From the NCBI GenBank assembly GCA_964016885.1, contig OZ024741.1:29140001-29204000 (forward strand): 64,000 nucleotides of DNA, given 5' to 3'. A program made the position numbers and the translations under genes. Below the pieces are notes generated by a model, which did not search any database, had not been told where the DNA came from, and saw only the letters and a program-made list of their open reading frames with translations. Source of the DNA: Eledone cirrhosa (lineage: Eukaryota). Shown here in pieces: positions 29,046-43,068 of this stretch. Each line of letters opens with the position of its first letter. Position 1 is the first letter of the stretch.

Positions 29046-29650
29046 ATCATTGTTTTTACTTTTGGCACAAGGCCTGCAATTTCCCCAGTACATTGCTGGT
29101 ACTTTAGTTTATCGACCCAGTATGGATGAAAGGCAAAGTTGACCTCGGCGGGATTTGAACTGAAACCATAAAGGGCCGTAACTCTTTGCTGCAAAGCATA
29201 ACGTCAGATACTCTGCAGATACTGCCAATCTACCGCCCTAAATATCAATAATAATAATAATAATAGTAATAATAATAATAACTGTTTCTACTTTAGGCCC
29301 AAGGCCAGCAATTTTAGGAAGAGGAAGCCAATTAAATCGACCCCAGTGCGTGACTGGTACTTTGTTCTATCGACCCCATAAGGATGAAAGGCAAAGCTAA
29401 CCTCGGCGGGATTTGAACTCAGAACGTAAAGGGCCATAACAACAATAACAATTGTTAACATAATACTTGTTTCTACTTTTGGCACAAGGTAAGAAATTAT
29501 CCCAGTGTATTACTGGTACTTTATTTTATCGATCCCGTAAGGATGAAAAGCAAAGTTAATCTCGGCGGGATTTGAACTCAGACCATAAAGGGCCGTAACT
29601 CTTCGCTGCAAAGTATGGCATCCGACCTTCTACCGATACTGCCAATCCAC
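29046..29650 (-). mobile_element. Three head-to-tail Meta-like SINE copies
   Basis: Units at ~29046-29240, 29281-29437 and 29467-29650, separated by (AAT)n/(AAC)n-like tails. Confidence 0.85.
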
Positions 29651-30084
29651 GCTGAGGCATCATTCCGCACAATTAGGGAAGGACTTATGCCAATGTCATC
29701 AAAGATAGTCCTAGGGTTTAGCCAGATACCTATTTCATCAATGTCTATTTATTGTATTATTCAAGTAACAGTATGATATAACTCTACACAATGATGGACA
29801 TAAGTGAAGAAACACAGACACTGATACAAACGAAGGCTACTGATAATTTGGAGCAAATGGACAAACAAAGACTCTCCCATCATCAGCTACTGTAACCTGG
29901 ATGCATTTGCCCTTTATTTTGAACTTTATTTTTTACTTTCACGCATATAAGCGCAAAACCAAAATGGACGAAATACGCCCCTCCATTTTGAGCTAGGTGC
30001 CACGTGACAGCGACAGAAAGGTCGAGACTAGCGTCATAGTCTTCACCACCAATAACATCGTCACCAGAAAGTAGATCTGTCTCG

Positions 30085-30346
30085 TGTCCGGAAGCTCATC
30101 AGGCCGGCGCTTATCCCAGTTTCCATAGCGTTAAGCGACTGAGAGTACAAGATGCCACCCCACGGAAAGGACGCCAGTCCATCACAGGGTTAAACCGCAG
30201 ATGTTGCTGGTACTCATTTTTAGCTGAGTATACCAGAGCAATGGGAAATGAAGTATTTTACTCAAGAACACAGTACACAATTCAGTCAAGGAATCGAACC
30301 TACGACATGATGGTCGTAATTCTAATATCCTTACTACTAGGCCACT
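30085..30346 (-). mobile_element. tRNA-derived CORE-like SINE (different 3' half from the 2813 copy)
   Basis: Minus strand has TGGCCTAGTAG, GGTTCGATTCC (box B), TGTGTTCTTGAGTAAAATACTT, CTCAGCTAAAAATGAGTACCAG and GATGGACTGGCGTCC. Confidence 0.75.
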
Positions 30347-30474
30347 CACCTCTAGAGTGTCACCAGAGTACCCCTCTAATTGGAATAAATATGCCACAAA
30401 TATGAAACAACAAAACAAAACGATGTAGGCCGGGGTTCATCCGATTCACTTGGTATGGAAGCAAGATGGGAAAT

Positions 30475-31215
30475 GTACATACCAATATAGACAGATCGGA
30501 GTTAGTACATACCAATATAAGCAGATTAGTGTTAGTACATGCCAATACAGACAGGTCAGAGTTGGTACATACCAATACAGGCAGGTCAGAGTTGGTACAT
30601 ACCAATACAGGCATGTCAGAGTTAGTACATACCAATACAGGACAGATAGGAATTGGTACATACCAATACAGGACAGATAGGAATTGGTACATACCAATAC
30701 AGACAGAACGGAGTTAGTACATACCAATATAGACAGATCGGAGTTAGTACATACCAATACAGACAGATCAGAGTTGGTACATACCAATACAGACAGATCA
30801 GAGTTGGTACATACCAATACAAGCAAGTCGGAGTTGGTACATACCAATACAGACAGATCGGAGTTGGTACATACCAATACAGACAGATCAAAGTTAGTAC
30901 ATACCAATACAGACAGATCAAAGTTAGTACATACCAATACAGGCAGGTCAGAGTTGGTACATACCAATACAGGCAGGTCAGAGTTGGTACATACGAAAAC
31001 AGTCAGATCGAAGTTAGTACATACCAATACAGGCAGGTCAGAGTTGGTACATACCAATACAGGCAGGTCGGAGTTGGTACATACCAATACAAGCAAGTCG
31101 GAGTTGGTACATACCAATACAGACAGGTCAGAGTTGGTACATACGAATACAGGCAGGTCGGAGTTGGTACATACCAATACAAGCAAGTCGGAGTTGGTAC
31201 ATACCAATACAGGAC
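30475..31215. repeat. 30-bp minisatellite, about 24 units
   Basis: GAGTTRGTACATACCAATAC plus a variable 10-mer (AGACAGATCR / AGGCAGGTCR / AAGCAAGTCG). Confidence 0.95.
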
Positions 31216-31313
31216 AGGAAAGCACGAAACATCAGAATGCTGGTAGGTAATTTTATGGAAAGAAGAGTTATATATGAATACAAAATATATATTTTATATT
31301 ATGTAAACACGTA

Positions 31314-31397
<84 letters not shown>

Positions 31398-31943
31398 CAT
31401 GTAATGTATAAATATAAATTCAGCAAGAATCGCATTGCGACAGGTAGAAAAAGCGAAACATAACACAAATTCTGAGTCATGCTGGCAAGCGCTCCATGGG
31501 CTAAAATACCAGAGCAATAAACATAGGTTATAAAGGCCATACAAACTGGGAAGTTGATCAAGAAGCCATTAACCACCTAAGCCAAAAAACAAGTCAAGCT
31601 AAACAGGTCAGACAGAATAAATGATATAATCATATATACATATACACATACATATACATATATCAAACCTGGACCCTTGGAATTGATGGTAAAATTCAGT
31701 ACAATGTTTCTGCGACACCTAAATCAATAATACTGTCTACTTAAAACAATAAGCTTTTGGTATTATGATCGAACGAGGAATATCACGTTATCAACAGGTA
31801 TTTTGTCCTGCGCCTGTGTTGTGGATGATACAGTTTTTGTAAAAGCACATGTGTAACTCACAAATGTATATATATATATATATATATGATAGAAATATGT
31901 CTGGGTACGCATTTACATACAGACACACCACATATATAATATG

Positions 31944-31981
<38 letters not shown>

Positions 31982-32036
31982 ATGTGTGTATGTGTGTATA
32001 TATATAATATGTATAAATATATATATATATATATAT

Positions 32037-32740
32037 AGAAGTTTTAATATAGATGAGATTCTACAGGACTAGAACTGTTTCATTCTTTAGAAATCATCAG
32101 GATTTTGGGTATCAAAAAATAAGTATGGTACTTATAGGTCTCTTCAAGTGGTAGGAGAGGGTGGGGAGTGGGATGGGTGTAGGTCATTGATAGAAAAGGG
32201 AATTCATTAAAAGCTAATTCTAGAAAGCTATAGTTTATTTTTATTTTTATTTTTATTTTTAGAGTAACAAAGGCAGAACGAATTCTATAAACAGGTTCAG
32301 GATGAGGTACTACTCCTTATTATTAATTTTCTCTTAAGCTAACAGGTGTCAATAAGATCAGTGGGGGTCAGTCATGGTTGATAGATTTAAAGGAAAGGGA
32401 GATTCTTTAAAAGCTAAATTCTTTAAGGTTCTACTAAGTGACAACGGTTTAGAGAATTCTGTAGACAAATTCAAGATATTGAGTGCATATCATACAATTA
32501 TCTTCAAATTTCTCTTAAACTATTCAACTATATGCCAAAAATCAACAGACTCATTCACAAACACACTCACTCACACACTCGCGCGCACCCATTTTTGATA
32601 CCCAGGTTCCTGATGATTTCTAAAGAATGAAACAGTTCTAGTCCTGTAGAATCTCATCTATATTAACACTTTTATACTCTGTAATGTATTGAGTACCTTA
32701 CTTACTGTGGTTACCTCCGATTTAACCCGGAATAACGTAT
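32037..32740 (+). mobile_element. Fold-back PLE-end insertion in (TA)n
   Basis: Inverted arms ~32038-32118 / 32592-32673 with a CTGATGA..GAAAC core, tail 32674-32738, (TA)n flanks. Confidence 0.7.
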
Positions 32741-33344
32741 ATATATATATATATATATATTTTCTCGTTGACAGTCACGATCAGTTAGGTAGTTATCTCT
32801 ATAACCTTTGGCAATATGCCGACACTTTCAAATGAAATCGGGAAATTATTATGCAGAAAACACACACCAGAAATAGTTTGGGGACAAATATATATAAACT
32901 AAATTCTGGTTAAAACCTTTTGACAACGGATAGAATTCATCTTGAATCTCCTGAGATAAATAATCTCTACTTATTGCTTATTACATTTGATTCTTTTAGT
33001 GGTTTCATTCAGACTACGGTCATGCTGGGACACAGCTTTCAAAGTATTTCTGTTGATCATATAAATCTCGGTACCTATTTTTACAGCCTACTACATATTT
33101 TATCGTTGTCTGTTTGTCAAACAACTAGGGGCGATCTTTTTACGCAAACAGGAAGGATTTGGGGCTATAAAAACAATGGTATTTTATTGTATCGACAAGG
33201 AAAATCCATATCGGCAATGTAGGGACATAGAAAGAGATAATTAACTAATGCAACATAGTTTGTTCCATGCACTACTAATATTATTATCTCTATCTAACTG
33301 AACTTCAGCCTGATCCCGGGCGACAGGATGTATCCTCCTTCTTC

Positions 33345-33620
33345 AACTAACTAACCTTCCACATCTGGGTCCCGATCGATAGAATGGAGAATACATTGCC
33401 CCGAAGGACGGCGAGGGAGACGCGCTGGAACAGCCACTCCACCTTGTGCAGATTGCACCAGCGGGCAGCCAACTCCGATTCGTTAGTAGTGAGCTGGGAT
33501 GTGGTTCGGGGGACAAGAACGCCTGAAGTCACCACTTCTACAGGCTCTAACACAGACCTATCAGTGAACGGCCGATACTTGGACACTTTGCCCTTTTTAG
33601 CTTGACAACTCTTCAAACAG
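33345..33620 (-). pseudogene. 3' fragment of a CRE-like (restriction-like endonuclease) non-LTR element
   Basis: KVSKYRPFTDR..PVEVVTSGVL..EWLFQRVSLAVLRGNVFSIL, homologous to 59261-59812. Confidence 0.75.
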
Positions 33621-34338
33621 AGCAGGGTGAAAGGTTGGTTAAAATTTATGAAGAGGGGAAACAGAATTATATGAGGTATTTAGATTTTTACGTTACGTGT
33701 TCAAATACCACAATAGCTGAACTTCCGGTTTACCACTCCTAAGTAGATAAAATAAAGGCACTCCAAGTAGAGAAGAGATGTATTCATAGACTTATGCCCA
33801 TGCTAGATATGCATATTTAAGCGAAGATGAAATATCGATCGATCATATTTACTTTCATGTAAATTTGTTCCCCTTGAGTCCACTCTTCTGAAAAGAAATC
33901 TATAGGCTAAGAAGTTCCTATTGAACTAACAAAACTTTAAATTAATTTCGCTGAAAATCAACGAAATATATATAAGCCTCAAGGTAATAGGATAAAACCA
34001 TTAAAATATATTACCCTAATTTATGTGCATGAATGCATGTTTATATGTTTTTATAAAAGTGAGTCAATGTTAAGTATGATCATATATAAATAAATAATAT
34101 TTATATACACACACATACACACACACAAACACATACACATGTAAGTATATATATGTAATTATATATATATGTACACACACACACATACACACACATATAT
34201 ATATGTATTTAGTATACATAAATACATATACATGTACATATATGTATTTATGTCTGTGTCTACGAATATATAAACTACATACAGACAAACACTCACGCAC
34301 ACACATACATATGCACATATATATGCACATATATATGC

Positions 34339-34437
<99 letters not shown>

Positions 34438-34635
34438 TTAACCTTTATATGTATATATATATATATATACATATATATACTATATATAGACACAGCATAC
34501 ATATATGGCACACAAATATATAATTATAGATAAATTTAAATTGCATACACATATACAGATTCTTAAGTTCTCATAAATTCGGGTAATATATTTTGATGTT
34601 TTATATACATATATACACGTATGTAAGTATGCATC

Positions 34636-34708
<73 letters not shown>

Positions 34709-35406
34709 ACACACCCACACACACACACACACACATACACACACAGACACACACAGGCACACACACACACATACATACATATATATATACATATATACAT
34801 ACATATATATATATTTATAAATTACAGAATAATTAAAACTATGTTCAAAACATTTTATTGTTGACAATCGTTTCTTCCAAACTTTCGTTTGGAATCATCG
34901 GAGCACTAGCAAAGTTTAGACATACAATTAAACTCCTATTCCACAAAATATCGTAGATGTTAGTGTTGTCATTAACAGTGTTATATTTAAAGAGTGAAGA
35001 TGATGTGGTCAGTATCAGTGGATGCGACAAAGATTATAAAAGAATAATACAACAATTATAGAGGAATTAACGACGAAAGTTATTCGTAAAACGAGGACAT
35101 TAGCAGTAAATATGCAAGCATATAGAAAGAGTGCAGATGTGTTAGGCATGTACAGAATAAACAGGTAAGAAACAAGCAATGGTACTAAGCATATATATCA
35201 CAGTATGGCAAAGGTATCACATAATACAATACAGGTATAAAAGCATATTAAGCAAACAGAGATGCTTGTGTATGAAAAGCAGTTTCTATGAAGTTTATGG
35301 TGGATGTAATGTGATAATTGTTCCGGTAATATTTAAATGTACATGCGTTGTTAGTATTAATATTAAGGTTTTCCTTTCCCTTCCATTGGTTATATTTTAG
35401 TAAATG

Positions 35407-35504
<98 letters not shown>

Positions 35505-35561
35505 GTATGGGTTATATCGAACATTAATAATAATGTTCGATTCGTTTGTAAACAAACGGCC

Positions 35562-35662
<101 letters not shown>

Positions 35663-35812
35663 TATATATATAAGTATATATATATATATTTATGTATATA
35701 TATATATATATCACCATACGTTAACCTTGGTCTTCCTCTTCTAGTGTGTCCAGGACATGCCAGCGATAATGAGGGACGGAGACCGCTGAATCTCGGGAAT
35801 TTTACCCGCCTT

Positions 35813-35898
<86 letters not shown>

Positions 35899-35904
<6 letters not shown>

Positions 35905-36068
35905 TGTTATACTTTGGGAGGGTCATGTTGCCAATAAGAAACACACGCACCAGTTGTTTTCACTTCATGTGTTTCTTATTGGCAACATGACCCTCCCAAA
36001 GTATAACAATATCGGTTTCAACACACGATTTCAGATAAAGAATCTTGCTAAACAAATTCAGAAACGAA

Positions 36069-36070
<2 letters not shown>
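35899..36070 (+). mobile_element. Fold-back (hairpin + tail) module in (TA)n
   Basis: 45-bp perfect inverted arms (35901-35945 / 35968-36012) and a ~57-bp tail. Confidence 0.6.
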
Positions 36071-36128
<58 letters not shown>

Positions 36129-36512
36129 GGGAGTTTTGCGTCTGTGTGAGTATGCGGGTTCGTACGTATGTAGGGTGTGTGTATATGTGAACTCCATGTT
36201 TTGGTTGACGTACGTCTCCGAACATTTCTGTATTTACATGTAGGTATGTGTGTGCGCTTGTTATATACGTATTTATTTATTTATATACGTTTATTTAATT
36301 ACTTATTTATTTGTACACACGCACACACACACACACATATGTATATGTGCGTGGTTTTGTATATCTATGGCGAGTATTTTCGCGTATGCTTGTGTATGTA
36401 CGTATTTGTATGCGTGTATGTATTTATTTAATTTGAATTACCTTGTATTGTATATTATTTACTTTATTCTTAACTCTGAAGCGGAGAACCATTCAGTTTC
36501 CTAGTTAGAATT

Positions 36513-36785
36513 TTAGTCTACGACTTCAGCTATACCATTTACGTGGTTTTGTCTTTGCGTGCAATTGTTCTCCACGCTCACATATGACGTATTATCTTCG
36601 TTTTTATTCGTTCATTGCCAGAGAACGTCTCTATGAACCACCCAAGAGAACATTAGTCTACGACTTCTTTTATACCATAAACGTGGTTCTGTCTTTGCGT
36701 GTAATTGTTTTTCACCGCTCCTATTAATGACGTATTATATTCGTTTTTTCCCGTTCTTTGCCAGGGAACGTTTCCACGAACCAAA
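36513..36785. repeat. Diverged ~140-bp tandem duplication
   Basis: TTAGTCTACGACTTC..TATACCAT..ACGTGGTT.TGTCTTTGCGTG..TGACGTATTAT..TGCCAG.GAACGT occurs twice. Confidence 0.85.
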
Positions 36786-37008
36786 GTATCGTCTTCCTGT
36801 CTTCCTCCGGTTGCAACGTGTTTTGAAATATCCACTTCTGCTTTTACAGATTGACTTTGTTAGTTTCAGAAGATCCCGTTAAAGGTGAAAGCAGCGATTC
36901 TTTGCTTAAACTTTAATCTGTTATTTTAATAAATATTTGCTCTACGGTTCTTATATATTTGATATCTATTTATCCTTATCGAGCCCTCTTCAAATTTATT
37001 ATTATTAC

Positions 37009-37069
<61 letters not shown>

Positions 37070-37187
37070 TCTTCTTCTTCTTCTGCTCCTATCAATTTTT
37101 AAAGGCTAATAATTACTTTTATTTAATTATTTTCATGTGTATCTGTAATAATAACTGAATCTCTCTCACTCTCTCTCTTTCTTTCTC

Positions 37188-37237
<50 letters not shown>

Positions 37238-37521
37238 TCTCTCTCTTTCTTTCTCTCTCTCTCTCTCTCTCTCTCTCACTCATTTTCTCCTCCTCTCTTA
37301 TCCTTCCTTCTTATACTCCTCCTCCGTCATCCTTTCCTTATTATTATGTATTTTTTTCTTATTATATTCTTTTCTTCCTCTTCCTTACCTTTTCCTTCCC
37401 CCCTTCCCCCTTCCTTTCCTTTTTTTTCCCAATCTCATATATCCATCTTATTTTATTTTTCATATGTTGATTTAATACTTCACTGCTCGCAAGTGTTTTT
37501 AAGCTTCATATCATGTCTCCC

Positions 37522-37592
37522 TATTTTATCTGATGAGAACGCAAATATCATCCCATGATGATATTTGTTTTTGAAATGCGCATAATAAAATA
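37522..37592 (+). ncRNA. Type I hammerhead ribozyme (intact core, palindromic stem III)
   Basis: Stem I TATTTTAT/ATAAAATA, CTGATGA, stem II containing GCAAATATCATC/GATGATATTTGT, GAAA, TGCGCA, ATA cleavage after 37584. A PLE-type tail follows to the (TA)n at 37718. Confidence 0.85.
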
Positions 37593-37899
37593 CATGGAAC
37601 TCTTTTAACCATCTTTTGATTTTATATTATTTCTACTCCACTCCTATAAACTGTTGAGTGCTACTTATCCAATATTTGCATTGCTTTATTGTGCTACAAT
37701 AGAACTCACCTCCTACATTATATATATATATATATATATATATACGGAAGCATATCCGATGATCTTTCGATTCCATAGTCAGTTTCCATCAATAACAGAT
37801 CGTTCCCCGAGCTGATCGACAGTGAAACATGTAATATGTTATTAAATATGTTATGATGCAACACTGACTCTTTGTTCCTGCATTCTTATACTACACACA

Positions 37900-38020
<121 letters not shown>

Positions 38021-38461
38021 AAGACAGCCTGATATGCCTACACATATTCATAGATACGCTCGTCAGTGTTGTTTAAATAATACCAAATATACATAACATG
38101 ATATCCCCCCCCCTCTTCATTTTAGCTTTACTTGGCAACTGGAAGCCAGTTTCCTTGAATACGTCTCGAAATCTGACAATATCACTTTTAGTAACGAGAA
38201 GAAATTTAAAATATATACATATCTCCACATCCAGAAATAATATAGCCAACATTTTAAAAGTAGGTAATCGAAATACAATGGCTAAGGTAAATAATCCTAG
38301 ATTTTAATAACGGAAATACTGAAAAAGTTTCACCCCCATCATATCCTCTCAGCATCACATTGTATAACGGCTCTTAATAGATCCAGCGTTCCGGATTTGA
38401 CAAAATAAACTCCCTACTACCGGGTAAATTTAATCGGCTTCCCCTCACCCCAAACTTCCTA

Positions 38462-38650
38462 GTGGATTGTCAGTATCAGTAGAGGGTCGGACAACATGCT
38501 TTGCAGCAAAGAGTTACGTCCCTTTATGGTATGAGTTCAAATCCCGCCGAGGTTAACTTTGCCTTTTATCCTTACGGGGTCGATAAAATAAAGTACCAGT
38601 AATACACTGGGATAATTGCTGGCCTTGTGCCAAAAGTAGAAACAATTATT
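38462..38650 (+). mobile_element. tRNA-derived SINE with Meta-like domain
   Basis: Same consensus as the other copies. Confidence 0.85.
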
Positions 38651-39519
38651 AATTAGCCAAACACATATAGAGAGGGCGGCTTTGACTGAGGTTTATCTTC
38701 TGTCTAAATGTTAGAGGTTTCAATGTCAGATAAAGCTCTCTTAAATCACATACACTCGATTTAATAATGCATCCCTGGCATAACATACTACACACTTTTC
38801 AAAACTGTTTTTCACCCACCGTAGATATAATACCTCCCATAGATTAAATACAGAATTCTCAGGTCTTTTAATGTTATCTTTAAATAAGTATTTTTTCACA
38901 TAAAGTTTAACAGCCACATCTCCAGTAAATATAGAAAACAGAAATTTTAACACAGCAATGATGTCGCTATATATGCAATATTTGCCAGATAACTAAAACT
39001 GTAATAATAACTTTAGAAATATTTCTATTGATTAACACAATAAAGTCAAATGTGTTGTGGATTAGCTAGTTTAGTATTTGTTAGTAAGCAGCTTTTGGTT
39101 TTGTTACATCCTAACTTCTATCTAGCAAAAGAGGGAACTAAAAATAAAATAATATTTTTTTTCTAGGGAGTGAACTCCTTACACTCTAAGTTATTTAAAA
39201 TGTACAATTATTTAACCAGCACTGTTACCACTCAACCACCGAGAGAGCTCTGTATTATAAACGTTTTCTAAAAGTGATATTGCAACTATTTCACTTTCAA
39301 TTCCGTATCATCTTTCCTGATTTATACTTACGTACTGATTTGATTAAATATATCTTTCGATACCGGGTTCAAGTTTTCTATCAATTACACTGGTCAAGAA
39401 AATTTTGCTTTTTTTCTGCTGACCTAACTTAGAGACCTGTTGTTGGGTAATTTGGAGTCGCAAAGTGTAAAATAATCATTTTCCTCCTTTTCAGATTGAT
39501 TTTAAGAAATAACAGATGT

Positions 39520-39792
39520 TCATTACGAAGAAAATGTTTGCATTCGCTTCACTCTTTTTGTTATATATGCAGTAGTTTTACAGTACCAAGTCAAAGAATG
39601 AACATTAGCGAATTTGTGAAAAGAGAATACTTGAAGATGAAAGTGATATATATATATATCTGCTGACAATCATGAACATAACAGTGATACAGACTTTGCA
39701 GATACAGCAACCAAGGAACGTGAAAACTTCAACTAGGCAGAACTAAATGATGTAGATAGAGACTTAGGTCTGTCAAAAGAGTTATCAGAACT
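39520..39792 (+). pseudogene. N-terminal relic of a Chapaev3-like (CMC) DNA transposase, internally deleted
   Basis: RRKCLHSLHSFCYICSSFTVPSQRMNISEFVKREY and FN*AELNDVDRDLGLSKELSEL match the FCYICG and ELNDLVRDLxLSK motifs. The family name is from recall. Confidence 0.65.
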
Positions 39793-40014
39793 GTTATATA
39801 TATATATATATTAGTTATGTAATAAACAACATAAGATCATTATTTCATTTACCAGTGGTTACTTGAAAGCAAACAAATTTGCTTTCAGTCATCAAAATGA
39901 AAAAATCCTGGTGTATTTATTGACAGTGGATTTTAAAAACAAAGATAAAATATATATGAAAGTGAGGCTGGAGAAAGAAAGAGGAAAGAAAAAAGAATAA
40001 AAATAAAAATAGAT

Positions 40015-40048
<34 letters not shown>

Positions 40049-40485
40049 GCACACGTATACATACACACACACACACACATACACACACATGTATATATAT
40101 ATATCCTCCCATACATACACATACACATAAATACACAAACACACACACATATATATATACACACACATACATACACACATATATACACGCATACATACGC
40201 ACACACATATATAGATATATATACCTACATACGCACACACACACATATAATTATAAGAAAAAATAAAAAGCAATGAACAATCATATAATGCATAGGCCGT
40301 CACATACAAATAAAAAAATAAAAAATAAGAATTAAGAAAATAAAAATTATTTTTAAGTTGACAGCGATACAGGAAAGGACACAAATAAAAATAAATAAAC
40401 AAACACACGTGGTAAGCAATACACACATATACAAATGCACATAATACATATAAATATATACATACACACACACATATAAACACAC

Positions 40486-40586
<101 letters not shown>

Positions 40587-40821
40587 TATATACATATATA
40601 TATATAAATACATAAATATTATATAAATAAAAAGGCGGAATGGGTAAACGAATAGTTGGGAATACGACAAATAATAAATAAATAAATAAAGGTATAAATG
40701 TTTATAGCTGATTTAGAGCACTCAACAAGATCCTGGAGCAAATAATCAATGAAAATAAACATAAAATCACTGTATGTAATTATGCATATACATACACATA
40801 TATACATACACACACTACCAT

Positions 40822-40878
<57 letters not shown>

Positions 40879-41196
40879 CACACACATATATACAAAAAGT
40901 TACATCACCACGATAATAAAAATACACACATATATACAAAACATGCATACACACAGAAATTAATATCTAAAAATAAAAAAAGGTGGGTATGTAAAGGGTA
41001 AGGTAGAAAGTAGGGGTGAATAAGGAAAATAAATAACATAGGAAAAGGTTTAAATATAAGGAGAGATAAGGGAGAAAAAGAATATAAGGGTACAGAAAGT
41101 TAGTTCAGAGAGTAATAAAAATCGTAGTGGATGTAAGGCGTAAAGAGCAGAGAAGAAGTTCAAGGTGGTTGAGTCATCGTAGGAATGTCAATCCAG

Positions 41197-41679
41197 TTAC
41201 AGAGCAGATGTGATTTCAGTTGAGGACAACATCTGAAGATATCGGTCTCGGAGTTCAAGCAAGTTGAAGTGGCTTTCAAATTTTGTAGAATTTCTAAATT
41301 TTTCAGCGGTACACAAAGAACGATTCTTTGTGCCCCTTTGGTATTCCCTCGAATGGTCTAAAATAGACCAATTGATAGAGTGCGGGATGTTTTTATCTTT
41401 GAATTCCCACACCTTAATTGCGAGAGCTGTTGCTGTTCTTTTATCAGAGTGTTTAAAAGAAGCGACATGTACATAAAACCTGGTTTTGAACCTGTCCTGA
41501 GTCATGCCAACATATCGTTCACTCCTGGCTGACTGGTTGTTAATCAAAGGTGTCACTTTGGCCTCATATACAACGGATTTGGTATTACATTTGCCCTGTA
41601 ATGGGCATTCATCCGGCTTCCTGCAACTGCATCCTGGATTTATTCTCGTACGATTAGAGTTGGTCATTTTAGACTTCAT
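41197..41679 (-). pseudogene. Inverted duplicate of the GIY-YIG domain
   Basis: Translation is nearly identical to ORF 42548-42934. Confidence 0.9.
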
Positions 41680-41749
41680 TGATGGGCAGCAAGAATAACT
41701 GATTTTAACTACATTAAACTACATTCAAACTACATATAACTACATACAG

Positions 41750-43068
41750 ACCTTTCATTAATATTTCTAAATTAGAAGAAGACATTATCTTTGATGCTAG
41801 GAAAACTCTACTCTTTACTAATGAAAGTATTTGTGTTAGAAAGTCAAGCCCTCAAAACTCTTTTGATGTTTCAATGGGTTCATATGACAGTGCGGATGTG
41901 TGTGACTTATTAGGATTATTCCTTCTCCACACCCTTAAAGAGAAATTTTGTTCCCATAATATCGGTTTATACCGTGACGACGGATTGGCAGTTTCTCATA
42001 CCACCAACGGCCATAACCTTGATAAATTCCGTAAAGATTTAATCAATACTTTTGATAACCTAAACCTTAAAATTACTATAGATACGAACCTTACCAATGC
42101 TAACTTTCTTGACATTAATCTTGATATACTTACTGCCTCTTTTAAACCTTATCATAAACCTAACGAAAATCTAAGATATATACAAAAGAGTCTTGCCACC
42201 CCCCTATAGTTTTTAAAAATCTTATTCCCAATATTAGCCGTAGGATTTCTACCTTATCTTCGTCTCTAGACCTTTTTAACCAAGCCGCCCCTTATTATAA
42301 TAAAGCCCTTAATAACAGCGGCTTTACAGAACATATTAAATATTTACCTACTCCTCCCCCTAAAACTAATCACAATAATAGGAAAAGGAAAATTATTTGG
42401 TTTAACCCCTCCTTCTCTCTAACTATCAAAACTAATGTAGGAAGGACATTCCTTGACCACTTAGACAAACATTTTCCCCCTAATCATAGATATTATAAGA
42501 TATTTAATAGAAATGTAGTTAAAATCAGTTACACTTGCTGCCCATCAATGAAGTCTAAAATGACCAACTCTAATCGTACGAGAATAAATCCAGGATGCAG
42601 TTGCAGGAAGCCGGATGAATGCCCATTACAGGGCAAATGTAATACCAAATCCATTGTATATGAGGCCAAAGTGACACCTTTGATTAACAACAAGCCAGCC
42701 AGGAGTGAACGATATGTTGGAATGACTCAGGACAGGTTCAACACCAGGTTTTATGCACATGTCGCTTCTTTTAAACACTCTGATAAAAGAACAGCGACGG
42801 CTTTCGCAATTAAGGTGTGGGAATTCAAAGATAAAAACATCCCGTACTCTATCGATTGGTCTATTTTAGACCATTCGAGGGAATACCAAAGGGAAACAAA
42901 GAATTGTTCTTTGTGTACCACTGAAAAATTTTGAATTCTACAAAATTTGAAAGCCACTTCAACTTGCCTGAACTCCAAGACCGATATCTTCAGATGTTGT
43001 CCTCACCTGAAATCACATCTGCTCTGTAACTGGATTGACATTCCTACGATGACTCAACCACCTTGAAC
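41750..43068 (+). pseudogene. PLE polyprotein 3' half (RT motifs + GIY-YIG), with one frameshift and one stop
   Basis: FDVSMGSYDSADVCDLLG, GLYRDDGL, ANFLDI, KPYHKPN, RKIIWFNPSFS, CSCRKPDECPLQGKC, IVY..YVGMT..RF..H, CSLCTTEK, CCPH. Confidence 0.9.

Noticed and set aside
30475-31215. CRISPR array
   Set aside because: The 'spacers' are only 10 bp and are point variants of each other. No cas genes are present and the context is eukaryotic.
30360-31250. Long repeat-protein ORFs on both strands
   Set aside because: They are a by-product of a stop-free 30-bp unit, with no unique flanking coding sequence or splice evidence.
32600-32650. Functional hammerhead in the 32037 module
   Set aside because: The core boxes are present but I could not pair stem I, so it is recorded as core-like only.
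42930-42936. Selenocysteine TGA in the Naiad-like GIY-YIG (some Naiads encode selenoproteins)
   Set aside because: The TGA is not at a Cys position, the inverted arm lacks it, and the conserved Cys codons in this copy are TGY.
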